A stretch of DNA of 64,000 nucleotides from Deltaproteobacteria bacterium. Lineage in GTDB: Bacteria; JAGRBM01; JAHCIT01. The notes beneath the pieces were generated by a model, which worked only from the letters and a program-made list of their open reading frames with translations, was not told the DNA's origin and did no database searches. Made by a program: the position numbers and the translations under genes. Below, one piece after another: positions 1-10,687 of the stretch; the stretch's first letter is position 1, and each line of letters begins with the position of its first letter. The stretch lies in assembly GCA_026129095.1 (NCBI GenBank), contig JAHCIT010000001.1:122245-186244 (forward strand), in the 5' to 3' direction.

Positions 1-171
1 CTTCTCCTCCGGAGCGTTGTCGATCTGGTCATACGCCTTCGCCTGCGCCTTGCCCTGCTTCGACAGAACCGTCGTGATCGCCGCCGTCAGCGTCGTCTTC
101 CCGTGGTCCACATGGCCGATCGTTCCGATGTTGCAGTGCGGTTTCGTACGCTCAAACTTTTCCTTCGACAT
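1..171 (-). CDS. tuf: Elongation factor Tu, 5' part (runs off window start)
   Basis: Manual translation of the minus strand gives [33 protein letters not shown], the EF-Tu N-terminus with P-loop GHVDHGKT. It follows the four-tRNA cluster. Not in the ORF track. Confidence 0.98.
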   Translation of the reverse strand, partial: MSKEKFERTKPHCNIGTIGHVDHGKTTLTAAITTVLSKQGKAQAKAYDQIDNAPEEK

Positions 172-206
172 GGTCGTTCCCTTTTCTTAAGTTGGTGTGA
201 TCTCGC

Positions 207-282
207 TGGAGCTAACGATGGGGATCGAACCCACGACCTCGTCCTTACCAAGGACGTGCTCTACCAACTGAGCTACGTTAGC
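207..282 (-). tRNA. thrT: tRNA-Thr(GGT)
   Basis: Reverse complement GCTAACGTAGCTCAGTTGGTAGAGC...CGTCC-TTGGTAA-GGACG...GGTTCGATCCC...TTAGCTCCA; cloverleaf with encoded CCA. Confidence 0.97.
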
Positions 283-318
283 AAAACCTCTTTCCGGGTC
301 TTTCCGCCCGGCATATTC

Positions 319-394
319 TGGAGCGGGTTACGGGGCTCGAACCCGTGACCTCCGACTTGGAAGGACGGCGCTCTACCAACTGAGCTAAACCCGC
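319..394 (-). tRNA. glyT: tRNA-Gly(TCC)
   Basis: Reverse complement GCGGGTTTAGCTCAGTTGGTAGAGCG-CCGTC-CTTCCAA-GTCGG...GGTTCGAGCCC...CCCGCTCCA; one U-U mismatch in the anticodon stem. Confidence 0.95.
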
Positions 395-429
395 CCGCTT
401 TCTGTCCTTTTTCTCACCGTCACCGGAAC

Positions 430-518
430 TGGTGGAAGCGGAAGGATTCGAACCTTCGTAGGGTACATTACCCGGCAGATTTACAGTCTGCTGCCATTAA
501 CCGCTCGGCCACGCTTCC
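430..518 (-). tRNA. tyrU: tRNA-Tyr(GTA)
   Basis: Reverse complement GGAAGCGTGGCCGAGCGG...GCAGA-CTGTAAA-TCTGC, long variable arm, GGTTCGAATCC, CCA end. Confidence 0.97.
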
Positions 519-564
519 GTGCGTAAACCGGTGACTTTCTTCAACAAACACCGCCTGAACTCGC

Positions 565-639
565 TGGAGCTGGCGATAGGACTTGAACCTACAACCGGCG
601 GTTTACAAAACCGCTGCTCTACCATTGAGCTACGCCAGC
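565..639 (-). tRNA. thrU: tRNA-Thr(TGT)
   Basis: Reverse complement GCTGGCGTAGCTCAATGGTAGAGC-AGCGGT-TTTGTAA-ACCGC...GGTTCAAGTCC...GCCAGCTCCA; completes the classic Thr-Tyr-Gly-Thr-tuf order. Confidence 0.97.
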
Positions 640-691
640 GAGACAAACAGCCCCTAATACCTCGTTGTCGGAGGCACTTTGGGGCCCCGCC

Positions 692-720
692 CTTATGCTC
701 GATTCGTCCGCTGGAATCAA
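692..720 (-). promoter_or_regulatory. Putative sigma70 promoter of the tRNA-tuf operon
   Basis: Minus strand TTGATT-17 nt-CATAAG, about 50 nt upstream of tRNA-Thr(TGT). Confidence 0.4.
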
Positions 721-873
721 CAAGGAATTAACGCATCCGGCCATCCCTCCAGGATGCGGGTCCAGCCGGATTTCATTGCGCTGCCCCTGCAATTCCGATA
801 TACTTGAAAAGATTAAGGAATCGACTTCCCGAGAGAAGATTCGCTTAACGCTACATTAAAGGGTTCTACCGCC

Positions 874-1473
874 GTGGTTCAGGCCGCCAAAGGTCACGCC
901 AAGCGGGGGCAGTCTGCCGAACAGACCCGGCAGGCAATCATTGATACTGCCGTCCGCCATTTCGCCCGGCACGGGTACCGCAGCACGTCTGTCGGCGCCA
1001 TCGCCCAGGACGTGGGCATTTCCACGGCCGCAGTATTCTGGCATTTCGACACCAAAGAGGGGTTGCTTCAGGCCATCCTGGACGATTCGATCCGGCAGTT
1101 GCTGGCGATGGTTTCCGACAAGGAACTGGTGCTCTCCTCGCCTACAGACATTCTGGGCGTCCTTTCGGACGAGGATCTCGACATCATCTCCAAGCAGGGC
1201 GACCTGTTCCGCATGATGCTGGGACTGGTTCTGGAGGCCGATGACGCCTCGGAAAAAACCACGAACCTTCTGCGAACCCTCGTCCAAAACTACAAGGAAC
1301 TGCTCGCTTCGCACTTTGTCCGCACGGGCAAGGATGGGAACCTCGACGCCGCCCGCATCCGCGCCACCCTGATGATCAGCACCATTACCGGCGCCCTGCT
1401 ACTCGAAATCCTCGACGGCGAACATACCGATGTGAAAGCGATCCTGCGGCTTTCACAGAAGCTGATCGTATAG
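874..1473 (+). CDS. TetR/AcrR family transcriptional regulator
   Basis: N-terminal HTH TRQAIIDTAVRHFARHGYRSTSVGAIAQDVGISTAAVFWHFDTKEGLL; 199 aa. Confidence 0.93.
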   Translation: MVQAAKGHAKRGQSAEQTRQAIIDTAVRHFARHGYRSTSVGAIAQDVGISTAAVFWHFDTKEGLLQAILDDSIRQLLAMVSDKELVLSSPTDILGVLSDEDLDIISKQGDLFRMMLGLVLEADDASEKTTNLLRTLVQNYKELLASHFVRTGKDGNLDAARIRATLMISTITGALLLEILDGEHTDVKAILRLSQKLIV

Positions 1474-1483
1474 CTGGCAGAAA

Positions 1484-2206
1484 CTACTCCACTACCATGC
1501 CGGTCTTCGGGGCTGGCAGGAACCTCATCCGGAGCAGGTGGACGAGATAACGGAATATCTCCTTCATGCCCATCTTGGAGGCCCCCGCCTTGCGTTCCAG
1601 GAACGTGTAGGGGACTTCCGCCATCCGCGCCGGGCGGCCGCGAATAATGGCCTCCAGCATGATCTTGTAGCCAATGGGGGACAGAACTTTGCCGCGCACC
1701 ACTTCGCGGCGCATGCAGAACATCCCGCCCATCGGGTCGCCAAGGCCCTGAAGCCGAATGGGGAAAAGAACCTTCGCCATCATCGTTGCCACCCAGCTCA
1801 CAAAGACGCGCCACAGGTTCCACTCGCCGGTAGAACCGCCCGACGATTTCCGGGTACCGGCCACGAGATCCACGTCACCGGCAGCCATGCGGTCAAAGAT
1901 GCGGCGAATCGCCTCGGGGGGATGCTGTCCGTCCCCGTCAATCACGGCGAGATAACGGCCCTTTGCCGCCCGCCACCCCGCAATGACCGCCGTGGCAAGA
2001 CCACGTTCGGTGGTCCGCCGGATAGCACGAACCCTCGGATGATCCGCCGAATACCGGTCGACCAGTTCCCAGGTCCGGTCAGGACTATCATCGTCCACGA
2101 CGACTATCTCATAGTCGAGACCATTCAACGCCAGTCCGAGTTCGTCCAGAAGGCCGCGGATATTGGCGCTTTCATTGTAGGTAGGGACGACGAGCGAGAA
2201 GTCCAA
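1484..2206 (-). CDS. GT2 polyprenol-monophosphomannose synthase (DPM1/Ppm1-like)
   Basis: SLVVPTYNE, VDDDSPDRT, RGLATAV, IDGDGQHPPE, DPMGGMF and GYKIMLE motifs. Confidence 0.88.
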   Translation of the reverse strand: MDFSLVVPTYNESANIRGLLDELGLALNGLDYEIVVVDDDSPDRTWELVDRYSADHPRVRAIRRTTERGLATAVIAGWRAAKGRYLAVIDGDGQHPPEAIRRIFDRMAAGDVDLVAGTRKSSGGSTGEWNLWRVFVSWVATMMAKVLFPIRLQGLGDPMGGMFCMRREVVRGKVLSPIGYKIMLEAIIRGRPARMAEVPYTFLERKAGASKMGMKEIFRYLVHLLRMRFLPAPKTGMVVE

Positions 2207-2230
2207 GGGACGGCTTCCTTAAGTCAGGAT

Positions 2231-3826
2231 TCAGGGACTATCCCGCCGGCGCCAGATGACGATCCGGCCCACCGGGTCCGCCTGCGTATAGCGACTCTCC
2301 ACCCACGATGCCAGCGCGGGAGGCATCGGACAGCAACCCCAGCCGTGCAAGCCGCCGGGCGACAGATCGGCGATTTCGAGCGGGCGGCTTCTCTCCAGAT
2401 CGGAGACGAGTTTCCCTAGTTCATCCGGATCAATGAATTGTGACCCGTCCAGTTCGCCCCGCCGCTGGGCATCCGAGCCGAACGCATAGCCCGAAACCTT
2501 CGTCACCGGGACGATATAACGCGAAGCCGGCATCCGGCCAGAAAGATAATAGGCCCCAGTGGCATAACCCCAGACGAACACTGTTCCCTGCCGGGGGATA
2601 TCCCGTTTCCAGTGCTCTGACAGTCCCAGGACATCCTCGCCGATCCGCCGGTCGATGGAACCCGTAGCAAGATTTGACGAGTTGACGACGAGCGCGGCGA
2701 GCGCCGGCACGAGCGCCCCTGCCATTACCAGTGCCGGACGGCGGCCCGATGACCGGGGCGGGGTGAAAGAGTCACGGTTGAGGATGGTATTCGCGAATAC
2801 AGCAGCGAGCGGCACCAGTGAAGGCAGGAACTGCAGAAAGTAATGGCCGCGCCAGCGGCCTCCGAAGGCGCACGGAACAATCGTGATCCAGGAGACGGCA
2901 GCAAGGAGCAGCCGGTCCGGCTGACGCACCGAATCGTGCCAGCGGCGCAGGATTTCCGCCGTTGACACCACAAGTGCCGCCCACAAAAGCGCCGCCGAGG
3001 CTACCCAGGGAAGGAGCGACGTGGCCATCCGGCGAAAACCGTCCAGCCCACGGTTCGACGTAGCTCCGATGTCGCCGCCCGACAGGAAGCTCCAGTAAAG
3101 AAACTCATGACCCGCTCCGGCCAGATGAAAACCGGCATAGCCCAATCCCAGCACACCGATGCCACCTGCCGCTGCTCCGGCCGAGCGGACAATAACAATC
3201 CGCAAGCGTCCTTCTCCGGCGAGCCCGGCTGCAACAAGCCAAACGCCAGCCACGGCCAGAGCCGCAAAAAGCGCGGTCGGACGGGCAAGAACGGCGAGCG
3301 CGAACAGCGCACCCACTGCAAGACCGTTTGCCGCCGCATCCTTCAGGCCATTTCGCTCACGCACCGCCAGCACGAGTGCTGCTGCCAGCGGCAGGTTCAT
3401 GAACACTTCGGTATTTGCCGTCAGGAAGTGCCGGTCCAGCCACGCCGCTGAAAAGAGCAGATAGAAAACCGTCGCGAGACGCTTCAGTCCTGCTGCCGCT
3501 CCGGCCAGCATCTCACCCACGAGCAACGCCGTCAGCCAGGAAAACAGGCCCGCCAGGATTCTCCCGCCCGTCACGGAGCCACCCACAAGGGCAAAAAGAA
3601 ACCATGTGAGCGGGGGCTTGTTGTCGATGAAATCCAGGTAAGGCACGCCGCCGGCGAGCAGTATTCTGGCGCCCACGGCTCGCACCGCCTCGTCGGAGTC
3701 CATCAGCGGAGCGAGCATTGACGGAAATCGCGTCGCCACAAGTATCAGCAGCGTCAGGCCGAGGAACTGGCCTTTCGGCATCATTCCCAGCCGCTCCACC
3801 AGGAGACTGTCCTCCATCCGGCTCAT
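2231..3826 (-). CDS. GT-C (ArnT/PMT-like) membrane glycosyltransferase
   Basis: Multi-TM; DSDEAV...GGVPYLDFIDNKPPL first-loop motif; HYFLQFLP; periplasmic C-terminal domain VFVWGYATGAYYLSGR. Confidence 0.78.
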   Translation of the reverse strand: MSRMEDSLLVERLGMMPKGQFLGLTLLILVATRFPSMLAPLMDSDEAVRAVGARILLAGGVPYLDFIDNKPPLTWFLFALVGGSVTGGRILAGLFSWLTALLVGEMLAGAAAGLKRLATVFYLLFSAAWLDRHFLTANTEVFMNLPLAAALVLAVRERNGLKDAAANGLAVGALFALAVLARPTALFAALAVAGVWLVAAGLAGEGRLRIVIVRSAGAAAGGIGVLGLGYAGFHLAGAGHEFLYWSFLSGGDIGATSNRGLDGFRRMATSLLPWVASAALLWAALVVSTAEILRRWHDSVRQPDRLLLAAVSWITIVPCAFGGRWRGHYFLQFLPSLVPLAAVFANTILNRDSFTPPRSSGRRPALVMAGALVPALAALVVNSSNLATGSIDRRIGEDVLGLSEHWKRDIPRQGTVFVWGYATGAYYLSGRMPASRYIVPVTKVSGYAFGSDAQRRGELDGSQFIDPDELGKLVSDLERSRPLEIADLSPGGLHGWGCCPMPPALASWVESRYTQADPVGRIVIWRRRDSP

Positions 3827-5397
3827 TTTTTACGGCACCTTTCCGGTTCTGGCGTTGCGTGGCATTCCAGAAACCGGAATGAGCGGGCCGCCTTTCCATC
3901 AGATGCCGCCTCGGTGCAGCTGGTTTCAACCCATTCGTTCAGTTCCGGATAGTGTTCGAAACCAAAGCCGCCAAAATAGTGGAAGTCGTAACGGCTGAAA
4001 TCGACGATCATCGCGGGCGGGGTGCAACGCAGGTCATTCATGAACTGGGCCCAGCGTTCCGGCAAAACCAGCGCTTGCGGATTCATGCGGCTGGCGAAAT
4101 CCTTTGCCCCGCCGAAGGAGTACCCCGTGACAGTCGTTGCAGGAGTGAGATGCCGGGTGGCAGGCCTCCGCCCCGATCGTTCGTAGAAATCCGGCCCATA
4201 TCCCCAGACGAGCATCCGGTCGGTTTCCCGTGTGCGATCACGAACAAACCGGACCGCTTCAGCGACTTCGACGCGTGTTTCACGGGTGTTTTCGGCCAGA
4301 TGAAGGCGCCAGAAACCCACACCGGTAAATACCAGCGCTCCTGCAGCCACGATAGCGGTGGCAACAGCACGAAGCCGCTCCTGTCCCGGTGCCAGCGCCG
4401 CCACAAGGACGAGTGGCGGAATAACCTGAAGATAGTAGTGCCCGAGCCAGCGGCCTCCGGCGGCGGCCGCTGCCAGCGAAAGCATGGCCGCTGCCAGCAG
4501 TGCAGCGCTGATCCAGCGGGCCTTCCCCTGCTGGCGGAGAATACTCGCCCCAGCCAGCGCCCACAGGGGGAGCGTGATTGCGAAGGCGGGCGCGACATTC
4601 GACAGGAACCGGCGGGCCGAAACGGCGGCCGACGGACCCACATCCACATAAAGCTGGTTCGCGGTCCATGACCAGAACACCATTTCACGCAAGGCACCGG
4701 CATCTCCCATCAGGGTCAGGAGTAAAACCAGTGCCACCGCACCACCTGATACAAAGAGGAGAAGGCGAACGGCCAGTGACCGTAACTCTCCGCAAACGAC
4801 CAGCACTGCGGCCAGCGGCAGCCCCAGAACAGCCGCCGGAATCCGGGTGAACGGAATCAGGATGGCGAGTGCCCCCGCCAGTGCAAGCCGGAGATGTGCG
4901 CCGGGACCGGCGGTGGCAATCAACCACAAGGAACCCATGAATAGACACGCACACACGAGTTCTGTCGAAACAAACTGGGTTTGCCGCTCCATGCCGAGCG
5001 TCAGTCCCAGAAGTAGCAGTAGCCCTGCGGGAACTCCCGAAACCGGTCTGGCTGAAAGCAGGGCAACGATCCGGTCAGCCATTGAGGCCGACAGCACGAG
5101 CAGCAGGATGCAGAGCACACGCAGCGCCGGGATCGCCAGCTCGCCCATCCAGGCCGTGAGCGCGTAAAAGGCGAAAATGACCGGCGGCTTCGTATCCACG
5201 AAATCGAGGTAGGGAACACCCCCACCAGTCCAGATCCGGGCACCAGTCATCCAGACCGCTTCATCAATACTGATGACGGGAACAGCAACAAATAGCCCGC
5301 GTAGACAGAACGCTACCGCAGCGTACATGACCATACGTTTTGCCATCGTAGACCGGCCAACCGGCCGCGCTGCAGATACTGAAGCAGAAGCGGGCAT
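3823..5397 (-). CDS. GT-C (ArnT/PMT-like) membrane glycosyltransferase, paralog of 2231-3826
   Basis: SIDEAVW...GGVPYLDFVDTKPPV, HYYLQVIP, MLVWGYGPDFYERSGR; ATGA overlap with the downstream paralog. The start may instead be 5346. Confidence 0.78.
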   Translation of the reverse strand: MPASASVSAARPVGRSTMAKRMVMYAAVAFCLRGLFVAVPVISIDEAVWMTGARIWTGGGVPYLDFVDTKPPVIFAFYALTAWMGELAIPALRVLCILLLVLSASMADRIVALLSARPVSGVPAGLLLLLGLTLGMERQTQFVSTELVCACLFMGSLWLIATAGPGAHLRLALAGALAILIPFTRIPAAVLGLPLAAVLVVCGELRSLAVRLLLFVSGGAVALVLLLTLMGDAGALREMVFWSWTANQLYVDVGPSAAVSARRFLSNVAPAFAITLPLWALAGASILRQQGKARWISAALLAAAMLSLAAAAAGGRWLGHYYLQVIPPLVLVAALAPGQERLRAVATAIVAAGALVFTGVGFWRLHLAENTRETRVEVAEAVRFVRDRTRETDRMLVWGYGPDFYERSGRRPATRHLTPATTVTGYSFGGAKDFASRMNPQALVLPERWAQFMNDLRCTPPAMIVDFSRYDFHYFGGFGFEHYPELNEWVETSCTEAASDGKAARSFRFLECHATPEPERCRKK

Positions 5398-5544
5398 AAA
5401 CGGGCCGAACGTGGCATGAAAATACCGGCAAGTCGACTTCGATAACAGCTTGTTATTATTGCATTTTCCAGCTTCAAGAAGAGTCTTCTTGCCGCCTCTG
5501 ACCGGTTGTGTTATGCGTTTGCCCCAAGAAGCGGCTTTCTTAAG

Positions 5545-5576
5545 GAAGGCGGGTTCCCCAACCCGCCTTCTTTATT
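5545..5576 (+). terminator. Terminator-like hairpin in the rimP-nusA-infB leader (probable attenuator)
   Basis: GAAGGCGGGTT-CCCC-AACCCGCCTTC followed by TTTATT, 25 nt before the rimP ATG. Confidence 0.65.
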
Positions 5577-5600
5577 GGGCCGCAACGGTGAGGACAGCGC

Positions 5601-6134
5601 ATGGTTTCCCAGCGGGAACAGCTTCTGACGGAACGTCTTGAAGCACTGGCGCTGCCGATTCTGGAGTCAAAAGGTCTGGAACTGGTCGATCTGGAGTTTA
5701 TCCCCCGCCGGAACGTATCCCAGGTCCGGGTCACCCTGGACCGGAAGAACCGGCAGGAGACGGGTCCGGTCACCTTGGAGGAAATCGGGCAGTTCTCACG
5801 GGCATTTTCGGCCGTGCTGGATGCCGAGGATCCGGTCGAGGGCGCTTACGAACTGGAATGTTCCTCGCCGGGACTGACCCGCGAACTTAAGCGTGAGCGT
5901 GATTTCCGGTGGGCCAGCGGGAGGCTGGTGTCGGTCGTGAGCAGGCCGCCGCATGAGCGGCCCGGAAAATACACCGGCCGCCTCGCGTCGGCAGATTCGG
6001 AAGGTGTGGAGCTGGCGATCCTGCCGCCTGCACCGAAAGGAAAAAAGGCGGCCGTAACGGCCGAGCCGGAGCGGCGGCGGTTCCGCTACGAGGAAATCGC
6101 GCGAGCGAACCTCGAACTGGAATGGAAAGACTGA
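5601..6134 (+). CDS. rimP: Ribosome maturation factor RimP
   Basis: LELVDLEF, VRVTLDR, YELECSSPGLTRELKRERDF motifs; position upstream of nusA. Confidence 0.95.
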   Translation: MVSQREQLLTERLEALALPILESKGLELVDLEFIPRRNVSQVRVTLDRKNRQETGPVTLEEIGQFSRAFSAVLDAEDPVEGAYELECSSPGLTRELKRERDFRWASGRLVSVVSRPPHERPGKYTGRLASADSEGVELAILPPAPKGKKAAVTAEPERRRFRYEEIARANLELEWKD

Positions 6135-6185
6135 AGACACGGGCGCACCGCCACAAGGCGCGCGCCCTGAAGAGGTAAGAAACCC

Positions 6186-7601
6186 ATGCTGGACACCAAC
6201 CTTGGACGGGTGATTGATGCTGTCGCCAAGGAAAAGGGCATCGAAAAGGAAATCGTCATCGAGGCCCTGAAGGAAGCGATGCTCGCTGCCGCCAAGAAGA
6301 AGCTTGGCATCAGTTCGCGTGAGGCACGGCCCGCCGCCGAAGGCGAGGAGATTACCGAGCCGCCCGAGCGCACCCGTGTCCTCGAAGCACAGTTCAACGA
6401 GGAGAGCGGCGAAATCGAGGTGTTCGAGTTCAAGGATGTCGCCGAAACGGTCGATAACCCGGAACTCCAGATTTCCCTGTCGGAAGCCCGCGAACTGGAC
6501 CCCGAGGCCCAGCCCGGCGACAGCATGGGCATCAAGCTGGATACCTCCGAGCTTGGCCGCATTCCGGCCCAGGCAGCGCGGCAGATCCTGCTCCAGAAGG
6601 TACGGGACGCCGAGCGGGAGCTGATCTTCTCCGAATACAAGGACCGCAAGAGCGAAGTCGTCAGCGGCGTCGTCCGCCGGTTCGAAAAGGGCAATATCAT
6701 CGTCGATCTGGGACGCACCGAAGCCGTGCTGGAGCACAAGCAGCAGGTCCCGCGGGAAACCTACCGCCCGGGCGACCGCATCCGCGCCTATATTCTTGAC
6801 GTCAACAAGAACAACCGCGGACCGATCGTGGAACTCTCGCGGAGTTCGCCGGAGTTCGTCCGGAGGCTGTTCGAGAATGAGGTGCCGGAGATCGCCGAGG
6901 GTGCGGTCGAGGTCGTGGCCATCGCCCGAGAGCCCGGCGCCCGGACAAAAATCGCCGTCCGGTCCCGGGATTCCGACGTGGATCCGGTTGGCGCCTGCGT
7001 CGGCATGAAGGGCAGCCGCGTGCAGGCCGTTGTGCAGGAACTCCGCGGCGAGAAGATCGACATCGTGGTTTACGACGACGAAGTGCACCGTTTTGCCATC
7101 AACTCGCTGGCACCGGCCGAAGTCCTGAAGGTTATCGCCCGGCCGGAATCACAGACGCTCCAGATCCTCGTCGCTGACGATCAGCTCTCACTTGCCATCG
7201 GCAAGCGGGGCCAGAACGTCCGGCTCGCGTCGATGCTTCTGGGCTGGAAGATCGACATCAAGAGCGAGGCGGAGTTTGCCAAGCTCCAGGCAGCTGCCAA
7301 GGCCGAACTGCGGACCATCGAGGGTATCACCGACATGCAGTGCGAACTGCTCTACTCGGTGGGCTACCGGACGGTGGATGAAGTGGCCGATACCCCGATC
7401 GACGAGCTGGCCTCCATCGAGGGATTCGACGAGGAAATCGCCAAGCGGATCTGGGAAGGTGCCACCAAATCCGCGGATCTCAAGGCCGAGGGCAAGCTCG
7501 TCCTCGACCTGGACGACAAGCAGAGCGATGCCGAAGCAGCGCCGGACGGAAACGAAACGCCCGCCGGACAGCCCACCACCACCGAGGGTGGCGCGGCGTG
7601 A
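6186..7601 (+). CDS. nusA: Transcription termination/antitermination factor NusA
   Basis: [11 protein letters not shown]1 domain, [40 protein letters not shown]-terminal HhH repeat. Confidence 0.98.
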   Translation: MLDTNLGRVIDAVAKEKGIEKEIVIEALKEAMLAAAKKKLGISSREARPAAEGEEITEPPERTRVLEAQFNEESGEIEVFEFKDVAETVDNPELQISLSEARELDPEAQPGDSMGIKLDTSELGRIPAQAARQILLQKVRDAERELIFSEYKDRKSEVVSGVVRRFEKGNIIVDLGRTEAVLEHKQQVPRETYRPGDRIRAYILDVNKNNRGPIVELSRSSPEFVRRLFENEVPEIAEGAVEVVAIAREPGARTKIAVRSRDSDVDPVGACVGMKGSRVQAVVQELRGEKIDIVVYDDEVHRFAINSLAPAEVLKVIARPESQTLQILVADDQLSLAIGKRGQNVRLASMLLGWKIDIKSEAEFAKLQAAAKAELRTIEGITDMQCELLYSVGYRTVDEVADTPIDELASIEGFDEEIAKRIWEGATKSADLKAEGKLVLDLDDKQSDAEAAPDGNETPAGQPTTTEGGAA

Positions 7602-7640
7602 ATCCGGTAACCCGTCAAGAAGTCTGGAGTGCAAGCATAG

Positions 7641-10469
7641 ATGTCTTCATCCGCAAAAAAGACCCGCATCAGCGCCCTGGCCGAAAAGCTTGGGGTGGAC
7701 CCCCAGGTTCTCAAGGCCAAGTTCCAGGAAATGGGAATTCAGGCCAAGACCACCCAGTACGGTGTCACTGACGAGGAGATCGAGCGGCTCAAAACCCGCA
7801 ACCAGAAGCTTTTCCTGACAGCCGCCCCCACGCCTGAGGGTGGCCCCGCCAAGACTGTCGTTACCAAGACGACCAGCACATCGGTCGAAGAAGGCCAGCT
7901 GGTGCAGAAGACCACTGTCGAAGCGCGCCGGGGCGGTGTCATCCGCCGCCGGGCCACGACAGATGTCCGCGCCGCAACGCCTGAACAGATTGCCGCCGAA
8001 GCCGCACAGAAGGCCGAGGAAGCAGCCGCCGAGGCCGCTGCCCAGGAAAATGCCGAAATGGTCCAGGAACCAGCGGCCGAGGCCATCCCGCAGCCACCTG
8101 AAACCCGGGTGCTGAAAACATCCACCCTGCCCGTACCGGAAGCTCCGGTACTGCGGCGGCCGCCCGTCCGCGAAACTCCTGTGGCAGAGCCCGTGCCGGC
8201 AGCACCGGCCCCTTCAACGAGAGCCCGGGCCGTATTCCCGAAGAGTGAATCGCCCTTCCTCCAGCCACCGCCAGATGCCGGACATCTGCCTGAAAAGCGG
8301 ATGCTCAAGACTTCGGCCCTGCCGGTCGTCGAGCGTATCAAGATCAAGACCACCACTCCCGTCGCACCGGCCGAACGGCCCGGAGCACGGCGGCCCGCCA
8401 TGGCTCCGTCCGACCTGCCGGCGCAACCGCCTTCGCCGGGACGCACACGGGAATTCAGCCGTGAACCGGCACCCGTGAAGGAACGGCGCCCGCGGTCCGA
8501 ACAGCTCCGCGAGATGGAGTGGCAGGAGACCAAGCGGATCCTTACGGCCCGCCGCGAGTTCATCGAGGCCGAAGTCCTCGCGCCCGGAAGCCGTTCAGCC
8601 GATACCGGCCGCGGCGGACGGCGGCGGCCCCAGCGCAAGCAGAAACGTACCAGCGAGCAGGGCCAGCAGCCCGTACAGAAACGGACCATCCGCGTGGATG
8701 AAAGCATTACCGTCGCCAATCTTGCCACCGAGATGGGCGTCAAGGCGGCAGAAATCATCAAGATGCTCATGGGTCTCGGCACCATGGTCACCATCAATTC
8801 GGCGATCGACCTGGAGACCGCCCAGCTCGTTGCATCCGAATTCGGCCATGAGATCGTGAAAAAGGGCTTCCAGGAAGACGAAGCCCTCAAGGAAGAGGCC
8901 GACCCGGCGGAACTGCTCGGACGGCGGCCACCGGTCGTCACCATCATGGGCCATGTCGATCATGGCAAGACATCACTTCTGGACGCCATCCGCGAAACCA
9001 ATGTGGTCGCCGGCGAATCGGGTGGCATCACCCAGCACATCGGCGCCTATCGCGTCTCGACTCCACACGGGGACATCACCTTCCTCGACACGCCGGGCCA
9101 CGAGGCGTTCACCACCATGCGCGCCCGCGGCGCGAAGGTGACGGATATCGTCGTTCTGGTCGTTGCCGCCGACGACGGCGTGAAGCCCCAGACGCGGGAA
9201 GCCGTCGATCATGCCCGCGCCGCCGGCGTGCCGATCATGGTAGCGGTCAACAAGATCGATAAACCGGGCGCCAATGCCGAACGCGTGCGCCAGCAGCTCT
9301 CCGAGCTGGACCTGCTCCCCGAGGAGTGGGGCGGGCAGACAATCTACGTCAATGTTTCGGCGAAGACCCGTGAAGGACTCGACAAGCTTCTGGAAATGCT
9401 CGCCCTCCAGGCCGAGGTCCTGGACCTCAAAGCCAACCCCGACAAGAAGGCCCGGGGCATCGTCGTCGAGGCCCATCTGGACAAGGGGCGCGGCCCCGTG
9501 GCAACGCTGCTGGTCCAGTCAGGAACGCTTCAGGTCGGCGATTCGTTCGTCACCGGCGCGGTTTACGGGCGGGTGCGCGCCATGTCGGACGAGCGCGGCA
9601 ACCGGATACAGGTTGCCGGCCCCTCCACACCGGTGCAGGTCGTCGGACTGGAGAGCGTTCCGGCCGCAGGCGATCCGCTGATCGCCACCAAGGACGAGGC
9701 GACAGCCCGCGAAATCGTCGCCGACCGCTCGTCCCGGGCCAAGGTCGCAGCCATGTCCCGCACCGCCAAGATGACACTGGAAGACCTGTACAGCCGCATC
9801 CAGCTCGGCGCGAAGGAACTCCAGGTGGTTCTCAAGGGCGACATGCAGGGTTCGGTCGAGGCGATCCAGGAATCGCTGGCCAAGATCCCGAAAGACAAGT
9901 GCGTCATCAAGGTCATCCATTCAGGCGTGGGTGGAATCACCGAAAGCGATGTCATGCTGGCGGCCGCATCCAGCGCCGTCATTATCGGCTTCCACGTGCG
10001 ACCGGACGCCAAGGCCGCCCAGGCAGCCGAGCGTGAGCGTGTCGAGATCAAGACGTTCGAGATCATCTACGACCTGATCGATGCGGTCCGGCAGGCGATG
10101 GAAGGGCTCCTGGAGCCCGACCGCCGGGAACGGATCATCGGCCGGGCCGAGGTGCGCGAGGTGTTCAACATCTCCAAGCTCGGCAACATCGCCGGCTGCT
10201 ATGTGAAGGAAGGCAAGGTCACGCGGTCGGCCCAGGTCCGGCTGATCCGCGACGGAGTGGTCGTCTGCACAGGCAAGCTCTCCTCGCTCAAGCGGTTCAA
10301 GGACGATGCCCGCGAGGTTCTGGCCGGCTATGAGTGCGGCATCGGCATCGAAAACTACCCGGACGTGAAGGCCGGTGACGAGATCGAGGCGTTCGAGGTG
10401 GAAGACGTCAAGGTCCGGATCGAACTGCCTTCGGACAACCCCGGAGCTGGCTCACGGCCGAACGCCTGA
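7641..10469 (+). CDS. infB: Translation initiation factor IF-2
   Basis: [52 protein letters not shown]; long Pro/Ala-rich N-terminal region. Confidence 0.99.
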   Translation: MSSSAKKTRISALAEKLGVDPQVLKAKFQEMGIQAKTTQYGVTDEEIERLKTRNQKLFLTAAPTPEGGPAKTVVTKTTSTSVEEGQLVQKTTVEARRGGVIRRRATTDVRAATPEQIAAEAAQKAEEAAAEAAAQENAEMVQEPAAEAIPQPPETRVLKTSTLPVPEAPVLRRPPVRETPVAEPVPAAPAPSTRARAVFPKSESPFLQPPPDAGHLPEKRMLKTSALPVVERIKIKTTTPVAPAERPGARRPAMAPSDLPAQPPSPGRTREFSREPAPVKERRPRSEQLREMEWQETKRILTARREFIEAEVLAPGSRSADTGRGGRRRPQRKQKRTSEQGQQPVQKRTIRVDESITVANLATEMGVKAAEIIKMLMGLGTMVTINSAIDLETAQLVASEFGHEIVKKGFQEDEALKEEADPAELLGRRPPVVTIMGHVDHGKTSLLDAIRETNVVAGESGGITQHIGAYRVSTPHGDITFLDTPGHEAFTTMRARGAKVTDIVVLVVAADDGVKPQTREAVDHARAAGVPIMVAVNKIDKPGANAERVRQQLSELDLLPEEWGGQTIYVNVSAKTREGLDKLLEMLALQAEVLDLKANPDKKARGIVVEAHLDKGRGPVATLLVQSGTLQVGDSFVTGAVYGRVRAMSDERGNRIQVAGPSTPVQVVGLESVPAAGDPLIATKDEATAREIVADRSSRAKVAAMSRTAKMTLEDLYSRIQLGAKELQVVLKGDMQGSVEAIQESLAKIPKDKCVIKVIHSGVGGITESDVMLAAASSAVIIGFHVRPDAKAAQAAERERVEIKTFEIIYDLIDAVRQAMEGLLEPDRRERIIGRAEVREVFNISKLGNIAGCYVKEGKVTRSAQVRLIRDGVVVCTGKLSSLKRFKDDAREVLAGYECGIGIENYPDVKAGDEIEAFEVEDVKVRIELPSDNPGAGSRPNA

Positions 10470-10687
10470 CGGCATTCCGTATCCGGCAGATGTTTCTTTC
10501 TGTTACAGCCGGAAGAAAACATCCGAAACAATTTTCTGTTGTGATTGCAGTCACTTCACTCTCCCCTGCCTCTAAAGTAAGTTCGCCCGGTCCAACGGGG
10601 TCTGAATTCGGCGCTACGCCGGGGGAAGGCGTCCGGGAGCAACACACACATCAAGCGGCCCGCGTGGCCACCAGGAGACAGAAACGA

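Noticed and set aside
103-731. ORFs 103..348, 519..731 and 665..859 on the plus strand
   Set aside because: They lie antisense to tuf and the four tRNAs or in the promoter region and show no protein motifs.
5796-8947. Long antisense ORFs 5796..7088 (430 aa) and 7739..8947 (402 aa)
   Set aside because: They are shadow frames opposite nusA and infB, expected from high GC3 codon bias.
10470-10687. Possible riboswitch or ncRNA in the 218-nt gap after infB
   Set aside because: Some GC-rich pairing is possible, but I see no recognisable aptamer core or terminator; it would need an Infernal/Rfam search.
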